DNA of 64,000 nt from Nitrospirota bacterium (GTDB lineage: Bacteria > Nitrospirota > UBA9217): contig CAWJQQ010000001.1 of the NCBI GenBank assembly GCA_963845065.1, forward strand, positions 1,184,001 through 1,248,000, in the 5' to 3' direction. Under the pieces are notes generated by a model. It had not been told where the DNA came from. It saw only the letters and a list, made by a program, of their open reading frames with translations, and ran no database searches. This document shows positions 49,237-58,001 of this stretch, in pieces; positions within the stretch are counted from its first letter, which is position 1, and each line of letters opens with the position of its first letter. Made by a program: the position numbers and the translations under genes.

Positions 49237-49683
49237 ATGCAGGTAATATTACGCGAAGATATCGACAAATTGGGGGAAATAGGCGACCTCGTCAAGGTTG
49301 CCGACGGCTACGCACGGAATTTTCTGGTCCCAAAGCAAATGGCCATTGAAGCTACACCAAAAAATGTTCATGCAATGGAGCATGCGAAAAAGATGGTGTC
49401 CGACCGCATCCGCAAATTGAAGAAAGAAGCGGGTGTGGAAGCCGACCGGATCAAGGGTATTGCTGTAACGATCAAAGCCAAGGTCGGTGAAGAAGGGAAA
49501 CTATTCGGTTCCGTCACGTCCATGGACATTGCTGAAGCTGTAAAAGCTCAGGGTGTTGAACTGGACAAACGCAAAATCGTGCTCGCCGAGCCTATCAAGC
49601 GGCTTGGAGAGTACACTATTGCGGTGAAACTGCATGCAGACGTACAGACAAACCTTAAGGTTACAGTAATCGCTGAAGAATAG
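49237..49683 (+). CDS. rplI: 50S ribosomal protein L9
   Basis: MQVIL...LG..GDLVKV..GYARNFL.P, GKLFGSVT, PIKRLG. Confidence 0.97.
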   Translation: MQVILREDIDKLGEIGDLVKVADGYARNFLVPKQMAIEATPKNVHAMEHAKKMVSDRIRKLKKEAGVEADRIKGIAVTIKAKVGEEGKLFGSVTSMDIAEAVKAQGVELDKRKIVLAEPIKRLGEYTIAVKLHADVQTNLKVTVIAEE

Positions 49684-49706
49684 CTCGCAAAATCCAAACG
49701 GATTCA

Positions 49707-49770
49707 GGAGCCAGAAGTCGGAAGTCAGGAGATACACGCTGGTTTCTGGCTTCTGGCTTCTTTTTTTGTT
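49707..49770 (+). terminator. Intrinsic terminator-like 22-bp hairpin with U-tract between rplI and dnaB
   Basis: GGAGCCAGAAGTCGGAAGTCAG (49707-49728) pairs fully with 49739-49760 (5 G-U pairs), followed by TTTTTTTGTT. Confidence 0.75.
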
Positions 49771-49793
49771 TAAGCTGAATTTGAGGTACAACC

Positions 49794-52445
49794 ATGTCCA
49801 TTCAGACCGAAGTTTCCCTTCAAAAACTTCCTCCACAGAACATCGAAGCCGAACAGATGGTTCTTGGCGCTGTTCTGATTGAAAACGATTCTATTAACAA
49901 AGTCATAGAAACGCTGTCTGCTGAGGATTTTTACAAAGATACACACCGCAAGATATTTACTGCTATGCTCGACATGTTCGAGACCGGCGAAGCCATTGAC
50001 CTTGTGACCTTGACCGATGCGCTTCGTGGGAAAGTTGGCCTTGAATCTGTGGGAGGGCCGTCTTATCTTGCCCACCTCGTCAGCCTCGTACCGACGGCCG
50101 CGAACATCAAAAATCACGCCAGGATCGTGCGCGAGAAATCGGTCTTGCGCCAGCTTATTCACTCATCGACGGACATCATCACCCAGAGTTACGATGACAC
50201 GAGATCCGTCAACAGCGTCGATGAACTTCTCGACCGGGCCGAGGAATCGATCTTTAAAATATCGCAGCAAAAGATGCGTGACTCTTTTGTCGCGTTGAAG
50301 GACATAGTCAAAAGCAGCTTTGAGACCATTGAGCGGCTATACGAGCGCAAAGAAATGGTAACTGGCCTTCCTACGGGTTTTCACGACCTCGATAAGATGA
50401 CCTCCGGCCTCCAGCCGAGCGACCTCATCATCATTGCCGGCAGACCATCTATGGGGAAAACAGCGTTCTGCCTGAACATCGCGGCACATTCAGCAATGGA
50501 CCACCACAAGTCCGTGGCAGTTTTCAGCTTGGAAATGTCCAAGGAGCAGCTCGTTCTCCGCATGCTCTGCTCCGAGGCGCGCGTGGATGCGCACAAGCTG
50601 CGCTCGGGCTTCCTGTCAGAATCGGACTGGCCAAAACTGACCATGGCCGCTGGGCGTCTGTCCGAGGCGCCCATCTATATCGATGATACGGCAGCGATCT
50701 CGGTGCTTGAGATGCGCGCCAAGGCGAGACGACTCAAGGTCGAACATGGACTAGACCTTATTATCGTTGATTATCTTCAACTCATGCGCGGCCGCAGCGA
50801 TTCCGACAACCGCGAGCAGGAAATTTCGAACATTTCCCGTTCGCTCAAGGCTCTTGCGAAGGAACTCAAAGTTCCGGTAATCGCGCTCTCCCAGCTCAAC
50901 CGTGCCGTAGAAACACGAGGCAAGGACAAACGCCCGATGCTCGCCGATCTTCGTGAATGTGTTACCGGTGACACCCTGGTCGTGCTGGCAGATGGCCGCC
51001 GAATTCCAATTCGAGAGCTTGTGGGACAAGCGCCAAGTGTTGTATCGCTCTCGGAAGATGGCCGTCTTCTAACGACCAAAGCAGAGAAAATCTGGCATGT
51101 GGGCCGAAGGGATGTACTTAAAATCCAACTTGCGAGCGGCCGGATTATTCACACAACCGCTAATCACCGTCTGCTTGGATCCCGGGGCTGGTGTGAAGTC
51201 GGCGACCTCAGTAGCGGTGACAGGCTTGCTATCGCCCGCGAATTACCGCAGCCCAAGAAAACTGAAAATTGGCCTGAGGCACATTTGATACTCCTTGGAC
51301 ATCTCATCGGTGACGGCAGTTATCTGTCCGGGCAGCCCATGAGATATACAACAGGCTCAGATGACAATAGCCATATTGTCTCCGAATGTGCACAAAAAGA
51401 GTTTGGTTCGATAGTGACTCGCTACGCCGGGAAAGGCAACTGGTATCAGCTTGTCATCAGCGGCAATGGGAATCGTTGGCATCCGGCTGGTATCAACAAG
51501 TGGCTTCGGGAATTGGGCGTTTTTGGCCAAAGATCATTCGAAAAGCGCATTCCTAGAGAAGTTTTCCGGCTTAGCAATAAGTGTATAGCCTTACTACTCC
51601 AGCATTTGTGGGCTACTGACGGGACGATTTCTGTACGTAAGACTGGCCAGCGAGGCGGACATGGTGTTCATTTTTCTACTAAGAGCCGCGGTCTGGCCGA
51701 AGACGTATCTGCATTACTGCTGCGACTTGGCATTGTGGCTCGTATCCATATGGTACAGATGAAAGGATATCGTCCCACATATATGGTTTGGGTGCAAGGC
51801 GTAGTGGGCCAGAGCCGTTTCCTGGCGAAGGTTGGAGCTTTCGGTCCACGTCGATATCAAGCAGAAAGACTTACGGAAGTCTTGACTAACATAGTAGCCA
51901 ATACGAACGTGGACACGCTTCCAAACGAATATTTCAAAAGAGTGAGTCTATTGATGCAGGAAACCGGTATCTCACAGCGACGAATGGCCGCGATGCGTGG
52001 AACGTTATATGGTGGTTCATCGCATTTCCATTTTTCTTCCTCACGCCAAGTGCTCATGACTTATGCGAAGACTATCCATGACGAAGCACTGCGACAGCAG
52101 AGTGCAAGTGACCTTTTTTGGGATCGTGTGGTGGGAATTGAGCCCGTAGGAGAGGATGACGTGTACGATCTCACTGTGCCGGGGTCGGCATCCTGGCTTG
52201 CCGACGGGATAGTCAGTCACAATTCCGGTGCGATAGAACAGGATGCGGACGTGATCATGTTCATCTATCGAGACGAGGTTTACAATAAGTGCGAGTGTCC
52301 TCACGATGGGGAATGTCTCTGCGGCAAGAGGGGAGTTGCCGAAGTGATTATTGGCAAGCAGAGAAACGGACCGATCGGTATTGTGAACATGACGTTTATG
52401 CATAAATATACCCGTTTCGAAAGCTCTGAAAAGCGGAGTTATTAA
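49794..52445 (+). CDS. dnaB: Replicative DNA helicase, intein-containing (461 aa after splicing)
   Basis: PPQNIEAEQ.VLG, GRPSMGKT, FSLEM, VDYLQL, ALSQLNR, ADLRE|SGAIEQDAD interrupted, KQRNGP. Confidence 0.96.
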   Translation: MSIQTEVSLQKLPPQNIEAEQMVLGAVLIENDSINKVIETLSAEDFYKDTHRKIFTAMLDMFETGEAIDLVTLTDALRGKVGLESVGGPSYLAHLVSLVPTAANIKNHARIVREKSVLRQLIHSSTDIITQSYDDTRSVNSVDELLDRAEESIFKISQQKMRDSFVALKDIVKSSFETIERLYERKEMVTGLPTGFHDLDKMTSGLQPSDLIIIAGRPSMGKTAFCLNIAAHSAMDHHKSVAVFSLEMSKEQLVLRMLCSEARVDAHKLRSGFLSESDWPKLTMAAGRLSEAPIYIDDTAAISVLEMRAKARRLKVEHGLDLIIVDYLQLMRGRSDSDNREQEISNISRSLKALAKELKVPVIALSQLNRAVETRGKDKRPMLADLRECVTGDTLVVLADGRRIPIRELVGQAPSVVSLSEDGRLLTTKAEKIWHVGRRDVLKIQLASGRIIHTTANHRLLGSRGWCEVGDLSSGDRLAIARELPQPKKTENWPEAHLILLGHLIGDGSYLSGQPMRYTTGSDDNSHIVSECAQKEFGSIVTRYAGKGNWYQLVISGNGNRWHPAGINKWLRELGVFGQRSFEKRIPREVFRLSNKCIALLLQHLWATDGTISVRKTGQRGGHGVHFSTKSRGLAEDVSALLLRLGIVARIHMVQMKGYRPTYMVWVQGVVGQSRFLAKVGAFGPRRYQAERLTEVLTNIVANTNVDTLPNEYFKRVSLLMQETGISQRRMAAMRGTLYGGSSHFHFSSSRQVLMTYAKTIHDEALRQQSASDLFWDRVVGIEPVGEDDVYDLTVPGSASWLADGIVSHNSGAIEQDADVIMFIYRDEVYNKCECPHDGECLCGKRGVAEVIIGKQRNGPIGIVNMTFMHKYTRFESSEKRSY
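50958..52223 (+). mobile_element. Intein with LAGLIDADG homing endonuclease (422 aa) in dnaB
   Basis: Starts CVTGDT; block B TANHRL; endonuclease blocks LLGHLIGDG and LLQHLWATDG; ends VYDLTV...VSHN followed by +1 Ser. Confidence 0.95.
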
Positions 52446-52695
52446 CTGGTACAGTGGCGACCGGAGCCACATCAGTTGCAGTTTTTCAGGAGTTATTGTA
52501 TGTAACCGGCATTGGTAAAAAAATATGAAGGCCAAATCGTTTATAATCTGGCGGTCCCGTCTTTACAGGAAAACACAGATAATCGCGGTATTAATCTCGA
52601 ATCTGGCCTCTATTCTTCACGTCTACAAGGAACCAGTGGTTCATGGTAGTGCCAAATGATTTAATACTTACGTAATTTAACCAGGGAGGCAACCA

Positions 52696-53478
52696 GTGGC
52701 TTCTGAAAAAGCAGCAATTTCTGAAAAAGTACAAAAATTTATCAGCAAGTCGGACTGGAAATCAGCCATTGCAGAGATGGAAAAGCTCTTTGCCATTGAC
52801 CAAGACCCCATCATCCGAGTGAGAATCGGTGATGCACACCAAAAACTGAATCAGAAGGCCGATGCTGTCAAGGAATACGTTCGGGCCGCCGACCTGTACG
52901 CAGAGAAGGGGTTTGTGGTTAAAGCTCTGGCACAGTACAAACTAGCGCTGCGGCACGATCCGGCGAACAAACAGGCACAGGCCCAGATGGAGCTGCTCCA
53001 TTCCAACAAGACTGTCTCCGAACTCAAGATTGAACCGATTGAAGAGGGAGCGGTGGTGTCGACACGGAGTGTTATTCCGCTCTTCTCCGATTTTACGCAG
53101 GAAGAATTCAACGAATTTACCAAGCGGATGATCATCCACACCTTGCCGCCCGGAAAACCCATTATTAAAGAAGGCGATACCGGCAGCTCGGTCTTCATCC
53201 TGACTCGGGGCGCCGTTCACGTATATGCGACTGTCACTGGGAAAAAAATCGAGCTCGCGACGCTACAACACAGCGATTTCTTCGGCGAAATAGCATTTCT
53301 CACTGGCAGACCCAGGACTGCGACCGTTGAGACAACTGAGGAGTCTGACGTTCTCGAGGTCGACGAAGAGGATCTTAACGAAATGATTCGCAAAAGCCCT
53401 CGTATCCTCGACGTTTTGCATAATTACCACGAGAAAAGGGCCAGGAGCACATTGGAAAAAGTTCGAGAGGCGATATAA
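52696..53478 (+). CDS. TPR-like plus cyclic-nucleotide-binding domain protein
   Basis: Helical N-terminus IRVRIGDA.QKL...KALAQYK.AL..DP; cNMP domain IPLF...EGD.G.S...G.V.V...FFGEIAFLTGRPRTATV; no HTH. Confidence 0.85.
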   Translation: MASEKAAISEKVQKFISKSDWKSAIAEMEKLFAIDQDPIIRVRIGDAHQKLNQKADAVKEYVRAADLYAEKGFVVKALAQYKLALRHDPANKQAQAQMELLHSNKTVSELKIEPIEEGAVVSTRSVIPLFSDFTQEEFNEFTKRMIIHTLPPGKPIIKEGDTGSSVFILTRGAVHVYATVTGKKIELATLQHSDFFGEIAFLTGRPRTATVETTEESDVLEVDEEDLNEMIRKSPRILDVLHNYHEKRARSTLEKVREAI

Positions 53479-53525
53479 CGCTGAGAACATGGCGAATTCA
53501 TTGCTCCGAATGGAGATCCACCCGC

Positions 53526-55280
53526 ATGTCATCCGAAAAAACGCAGCTGATCGATACGATTCAAAAAAACCTGGGCAAGTCCAACTGGAAAGCCGCAATT
53601 GCCGACATGGAGAAGCTGTTCGGGCTTGAGTCCGATCCTATTATACGGGTCAGAATCGGAGATGCGTATCAGAAGCTGAACCAGATTATCGACGCTGTGC
53701 GCGAGTATATCTATGCAGCAGACCTCTTCGCGATTAAAGGTGTCATCGTCAAGGCATTGGCCCAGTACAAACTTGCTCTCCGGCTGGACCCAAAGAACAA
53801 GCAGGCGCAGGACAAAATATCGTCTCTACATTCGAATAGGGCGATGACGGAAAAGAAGCCGGAGCCGACGGAAGAGGGCGCCCAGAAGCCGGTCCGAAGC
53901 GTCATTCCACTGTTTGCAGGATTCTCCCAAGAGGAATTCGAAGACTTCACTAAAATAATGGCCGTTCATACCCTGCAGCCGGGCCACATCATCATGAAGC
54001 AGGGTGACACTGGCAAATCAGTCTATATTATTGCGAGCGGCACCGTTAAGGTTCATGCTGCGTCGCAGAGCGGCGAGCGATTGGATTTGGCGATGCTCTA
54101 CCCCAACGAGTTTTTTGGCGAAATATCCTTTCTGACCGGTAAATTACGGACCGCTACGGTTGAAACGGCCGAAGAAGCCGTCATCCTGGAAGTGACCGAG
54201 GATCAACTTCGCGACCTGATCAATCGCAGGCCGCGTGTCCTGCAGGTGCTGCAACAGTATTCCGATGCCCGCGAGATAGAAACAATCAAGAAGATGCAGG
54301 CGACGCAGAATCCGGTAGAGCAGCCGGCTTCCGAAGTTCAAAAAACGGCGCAAGCGCCGCAAAAAGCGCCGGAAAAGGCGTTACAGGCTTTTTCTGAGAA
54401 AGCTCCACCTCTGCAGAAGCCTCCCGATATCTCGGCGCCGGGTGCCGTACAACCAATGTATAAAGGCCCGGCAATCAGCCCATCGGACAAGCCGAAACTC
54501 ATCGACGTAATACAAAAATATGTAAGCAAATCGGACTGGAAATCAGTCATTACGGAGATGGAAAAGCTTTATACGATCGATCCTGACCCCATAATCCGCG
54601 TCCGTATTGGAGATGCATACCAGAAACTGAACCAAAAGCACAATGCAGTGCATGAATACATGATGGCAGCGGACCTCTATGCCGATAAAGGCGCGGTGGT
54701 CAAGGCCCTTGCCCAGTATAAGCTGGCATTGCGCGTCGAGCCGGGGAATAAACAAGCGGAAGAACGGATCGAAGCGCTGCATTCAAACAAGACGGTGAAA
54801 GAAAACCGAGTAGAGCCCGTTGAGAAAGAAACTGTAGAGAAAGAAACTCCAAAACGTGCTAGCAGTGTTATCCCGCTTTTTGCTGGTTTCTCGCAGGAAG
54901 AATTTAACGATTTTACGAAGGTGATGAACGTTCACCCGCTCCCGGGAGGCTTATCGATCGTCGAGCAGAATGACCAGGGGAAATCGGTATATTTGATAGC
55001 AAGCGGGTCAGTTAATGTTTTCACGACGCTTCTCTCCGGCGAACGAGTGGACCTTGCGGTTCTCCGGTCAGGCGATTTCTTCGGAGAAATATCTTTTCTT
55101 ACCGGAAAACCCCGCACAGCCACGGTCGAGACCGCTGAGGACGCAGTCATTCTGGAAATAACGGAAGATAATCTCCGCGAGATCACTTCCCGACGGCCCC
55201 ATATCCTCAGCGTGCTTCAGCAATTTTCCGATATGAGATCGAAAGGCACAACTGAGAAAATTCTCGGTTTGAATAAGTAG
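53526..55280 (+). CDS. Tandem (TPR-like plus cNMP-binding) x2 protein
   Basis: Two further copies of the upstream gene's module joined by a Pro/Ala/Gln/Lys-rich linker (about 54300-54480). Confidence 0.85.
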   Translation: MSSEKTQLIDTIQKNLGKSNWKAAIADMEKLFGLESDPIIRVRIGDAYQKLNQIIDAVREYIYAADLFAIKGVIVKALAQYKLALRLDPKNKQAQDKISSLHSNRAMTEKKPEPTEEGAQKPVRSVIPLFAGFSQEEFEDFTKIMAVHTLQPGHIIMKQGDTGKSVYIIASGTVKVHAASQSGERLDLAMLYPNEFFGEISFLTGKLRTATVETAEEAVILEVTEDQLRDLINRRPRVLQVLQQYSDAREIETIKKMQATQNPVEQPASEVQKTAQAPQKAPEKALQAFSEKAPPLQKPPDISAPGAVQPMYKGPAISPSDKPKLIDVIQKYVSKSDWKSVITEMEKLYTIDPDPIIRVRIGDAYQKLNQKHNAVHEYMMAADLYADKGAVVKALAQYKLALRVEPGNKQAEERIEALHSNKTVKENRVEPVEKETVEKETPKRASSVIPLFAGFSQEEFNDFTKVMNVHPLPGGLSIVEQNDQGKSVYLIASGSVNVFTTLLSGERVDLAVLRSGDFFGEISFLTGKPRTATVETAEDAVILEITEDNLREITSRRPHILSVLQQFSDMRSKGTTEKILGLNK

Positions 55281-55311
55281 ATCATACGTTAACGATACCT
55301 GGGAGGTCCCC

Positions 55312-56181
55312 ATGATTCGTTCACCGGCAGTAGCAGGGCACTTCTATAAAGCCAACCCGGAGGATCTCAAAAAACAGGTTGAAGGCTTTATCATTTCAGG
55401 AGCAATCAAGAGGAAGGCAATCGGCATCGTTGTTCCTCACGCCGGGTTAATCTATTCAGGGGCAGTAGCCGGGGCAGTATATTCTTCCATAGAACTTCCG
55501 GATACCCTTGTCCTAATCGGCCCTAACCATACCGGCCTCGGTGCAGGGGTCTCTCTTATGGCCAACGGCAGCTGGGAAACGCCGCTCGGCACTGTGGAAA
55601 TAGACGAAGGTTTGGCAGCTTCCATTCTTTCGCAATCCCGACGCATTCATGAAGATTCAATTGCCCATCTTCGGGAACATTCCCTTGAAGTCCAGCTGCC
55701 GTTCATCCAATATTTTAAAAAGAAGTTCAAAATTGTACCGATCCAGATGCTTGATACACGGCTTGAAACCTGTCTTGATGTAGGCAAGGCAATAGCAGGG
55801 GCGATAAAAGTGGGAGGCCCGGGGCCAAGAGGCAAGGAAAAACAGGGTGATCAATCTGAAATCAACGATGCGAATACCGCAATACGTAACGTCGTCATTG
55901 TGGCAAGCTCGGATATGAGTCATTACGAAAAGGCTGAAACGGCAAAAGAAAAAGATTCAAAAGCCATTCATTCCATCGTTAAGCTTGACCCTGAGGGTCT
56001 CTACCGTGTTATCAGAGATTATGAAATTACCATGTGCGGATATGGCCCTACAGTGGCAATGCTTGTAGCCGCGAAAATACTCGGGGCCACCAATGCCGAG
56101 CTTATCAAGTACTCCAACTCCGGAGAAACGAGCGGAGACTACGACAATGTTGTCGGGTATGCCGGAATCCTGATTATGTAA
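55312..56181 (+). CDS. amrB: AmmeMemoRadiSam system protein B (MEMO1 family)
   Basis: R.PAVAG.FY, VPHAG..YSG, GPNH, EHSLEVQLPF, ASSDMSHY, TMCG, VVGYA. Confidence 0.92.
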   Translation: MIRSPAVAGHFYKANPEDLKKQVEGFIISGAIKRKAIGIVVPHAGLIYSGAVAGAVYSSIELPDTLVLIGPNHTGLGAGVSLMANGSWETPLGTVEIDEGLAASILSQSRRIHEDSIAHLREHSLEVQLPFIQYFKKKFKIVPIQMLDTRLETCLDVGKAIAGAIKVGGPGPRGKEKQGDQSEINDANTAIRNVVIVASSDMSHYEKAETAKEKDSKAIHSIVKLDPEGLYRVIRDYEITMCGYGPTVAMLVAAKILGATNAELIKYSNSGETSGDYDNVVGYAGILIM

Positions 56182-56263
56182 CTTGTTACTTATCATGGAA
56201 TAATACCACCCAATCCTCTCTCTATTTTCGCATAATAATGCATAAAAACAAGTACTTTATTAT

Positions 56264-56279
56264 TGGCACACCTGTTGCA
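56264..56279 (+). promoter_or_regulatory. Sigma54 (-24/-12) promoter of the minor pilin operon
   Basis: TGGCAC-ACCTG-TTGCA, an exact match to TGGCAC-N5-TTGCW, with an AT-rich upstream region. Confidence 0.82.
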
Positions 56280-56479
56280 TATATTTATGCGTAATGAAAT
56301 ACTTTAATAGCTATGTAGTGTTTAGCAATATTATTTCCATCTGCTCCACAGAAACGCTGCTCCTCCAAGGGTTTCACATCGGTTTCAGTGATGTGATGAC
56401 TACGTGCGGATACCAAGACATGGTTAATGAATTTTGAAGCAGAAGCGTTGTTTGAAATTGTGTCGGGGGCTGCTTTATT

Positions 56480-56956
56480 ATGATTAAGACGAAAATCGCA
56501 AGAAGTGATAAACGGCAGAAGGGTTTTACGCTTTTGGAAGTGATTGTGGCAGGCGGCATCATATCAGCAGTGATGCTGGCGATTGTGCCTCTTCTTGTTC
56601 AATCCTATAAAATAGACAAAGCGACTGCGTACCGGGTCAAGGCGCAGGCTCTTACTGCACAAAAAATGGATGACATTATATCTCTTAGCGGCAGCAACGC
56701 TGACCAGTATGGGAATCTCATTTGTCAGGGGAATTCCGATAATGGAACTCTCTATAATGGACCCTATGGCGATGTCACTGATTTAGAGACTGGACTTCAA
56801 ACAAACGTGGTGACTGCGCTAACGAGAACGTGGCAGATTGTGCATCTTACTCCGACAGCCGGCGCGACGGACCTCTGCCAGATTACCGTCTCCACCTCTT
56901 TTACATATCAGGGTCAGACAATGTCATTTCAACTAGTTTCAGAACGGGGAAGATAA
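56480..56956 (+). CDS. pilV: Type IV minor pilin, PilV-like
   Basis: Prepilin motif QKG|FTLLEV; first gene of a pilVWX-pilY1 cluster. Confidence 0.72.
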   Translation: MIKTKIARSDKRQKGFTLLEVIVAGGIISAVMLAIVPLLVQSYKIDKATAYRVKAQALTAQKMDDIISLSGSNADQYGNLICQGNSDNGTLYNGPYGDVTDLETGLQTNVVTALTRTWQIVHLTPTAGATDLCQITVSTSFTYQGQTMSFQLVSERGR

Positions 56957-56957
56957 T

Positions 56958-58001
56958 ATGCTGAAACTAAATATCTTAAAAAGCAAAAATACTTCGGGTA
57001 TAACTCTTATCGAGCTGCTGATTGCAATGGGAGTATTCAGCATCATGATGCTCACCTTTTACACATCCTTTGAGTCCACCAGCCAAAATGTGAGTGATCT
57101 GGCTGTCAAGCAGGAGATGACGCAGAAAGGGCAGCGAGTGCTGGATTATATCGGTGAGCAATTACGGCTGGCCGGGTTATTTGTGGCAGCAACGCCGAAC
57201 GTTAATTTTTGTCCTAACATTAGCAGTTTTGCTCCTTCGGTCCAATCTATTACTATGAGCATGGTCGCAACGGATGCAAATCCTTATGAGACGATTTCCT
57301 TCCTTACCTCTGAACGACTAATAACGTCAACACAAGGCTCTCCGTACCTGCAGACAACTTTACCTGCGGGTCAGACATCTACTATTCTGACAGTTAATGC
57401 ACCAATCGGCAGCGCGGGCGCCATAATCCCTGCTTCCGTTGGAAGCCCAAATGCCAATTCCTTAATAACACTTGATACCCTTCAACCGAATCTTGGAAAC
57501 CTCGTATATCAGGTTACCCCTGCTTCCGGCGGGAGTAACCTCACCATCTCTCCAGCGTTAAATCAAAATGTAAATGCACACAGCAATCTTTACGCGGTGG
57601 TCATGAAACAAATATCGGTAGATACGAACAGAGATCTTATTCTCACCAGATGGGACAATCTAGCGTCGGGGCCCTGCAATACCTCATCAGTTTCTCTTGT
57701 CTCATCCAGTGGACCGAATTTCGCGAATGGTGGTGTTGACGGGTTTGCAGTTGAGTTTGTATTGGCAAACGAAGCCCCTATTACTCAAAAGTCTGTGATC
57801 CAATCAACTGATATCGCAAATATCAAGGAGATAATTATCTGGATCCTTCTTCGTTCCGATTTCCCGGCCAGCAATAAGTATGTAAATTCGAATACCTATA
57901 CATTTGGGCAACAGACTCAAATTGTCCTCCCCGCTTTTAATGATAACTACAGAAGGCTGCTCCTAAGCAAGTCCGTGGAGGTAAAGAATGTCGGATTTTA
58001 A
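56958..58001 (+). CDS. pilW: Type IV minor pilin, PilW-like
   Basis: TSG|ITLIELLIAM, LRLAG, C-terminal DNYRRLL...V..KN typical of PilW. Confidence 0.78.
   Translation: MLKLNILKSKNTSGITLIELLIAMGVFSIMMLTFYTSFESTSQNVSDLAVKQEMTQKGQRVLDYIGEQLRLAGLFVAATPNVNFCPNISSFAPSVQSITMSMVATDANPYETISFLTSERLITSTQGSPYLQTTLPAGQTSTILTVNAPIGSAGAIIPASVGSPNANSLITLDTLQPNLGNLVYQVTPASGGSNLTISPALNQNVNAHSNLYAVVMKQISVDTNRDLILTRWDNLASGPCNTSSVSLVSSSGPNFANGGVDGFAVEFVLANEAPITQKSVIQSTDIANIKEIIIWILLRSDFPASNKYVNSNTYTFGQQTQIVLPAFNDNYRRLLLSKSVEVKNVGF

Noticed and set aside
54822..54848. GAGAAAGAAACT repeated at 15-nt spacing (VEKET VEKET)
   Set aside because: Simple in-frame slippage duplication in a linker; two copies only and not CRISPR-like
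52696..55280. Repeated modules considered as an assembly artefact or diversity-generating retroelement
   Set aside because: Copies are diverged at many synonymous and non-synonymous sites with no adenine-specific pattern, and no reverse transcriptase is present
56280..56479. Possible c-di-GMP/cGAMP (GEMM) riboswitch before the pilin genes
   Set aside because: The GGCAAA-tetraloop-ACGCAAA core is not visible; an Rfam scan would be needed to exclude it fully
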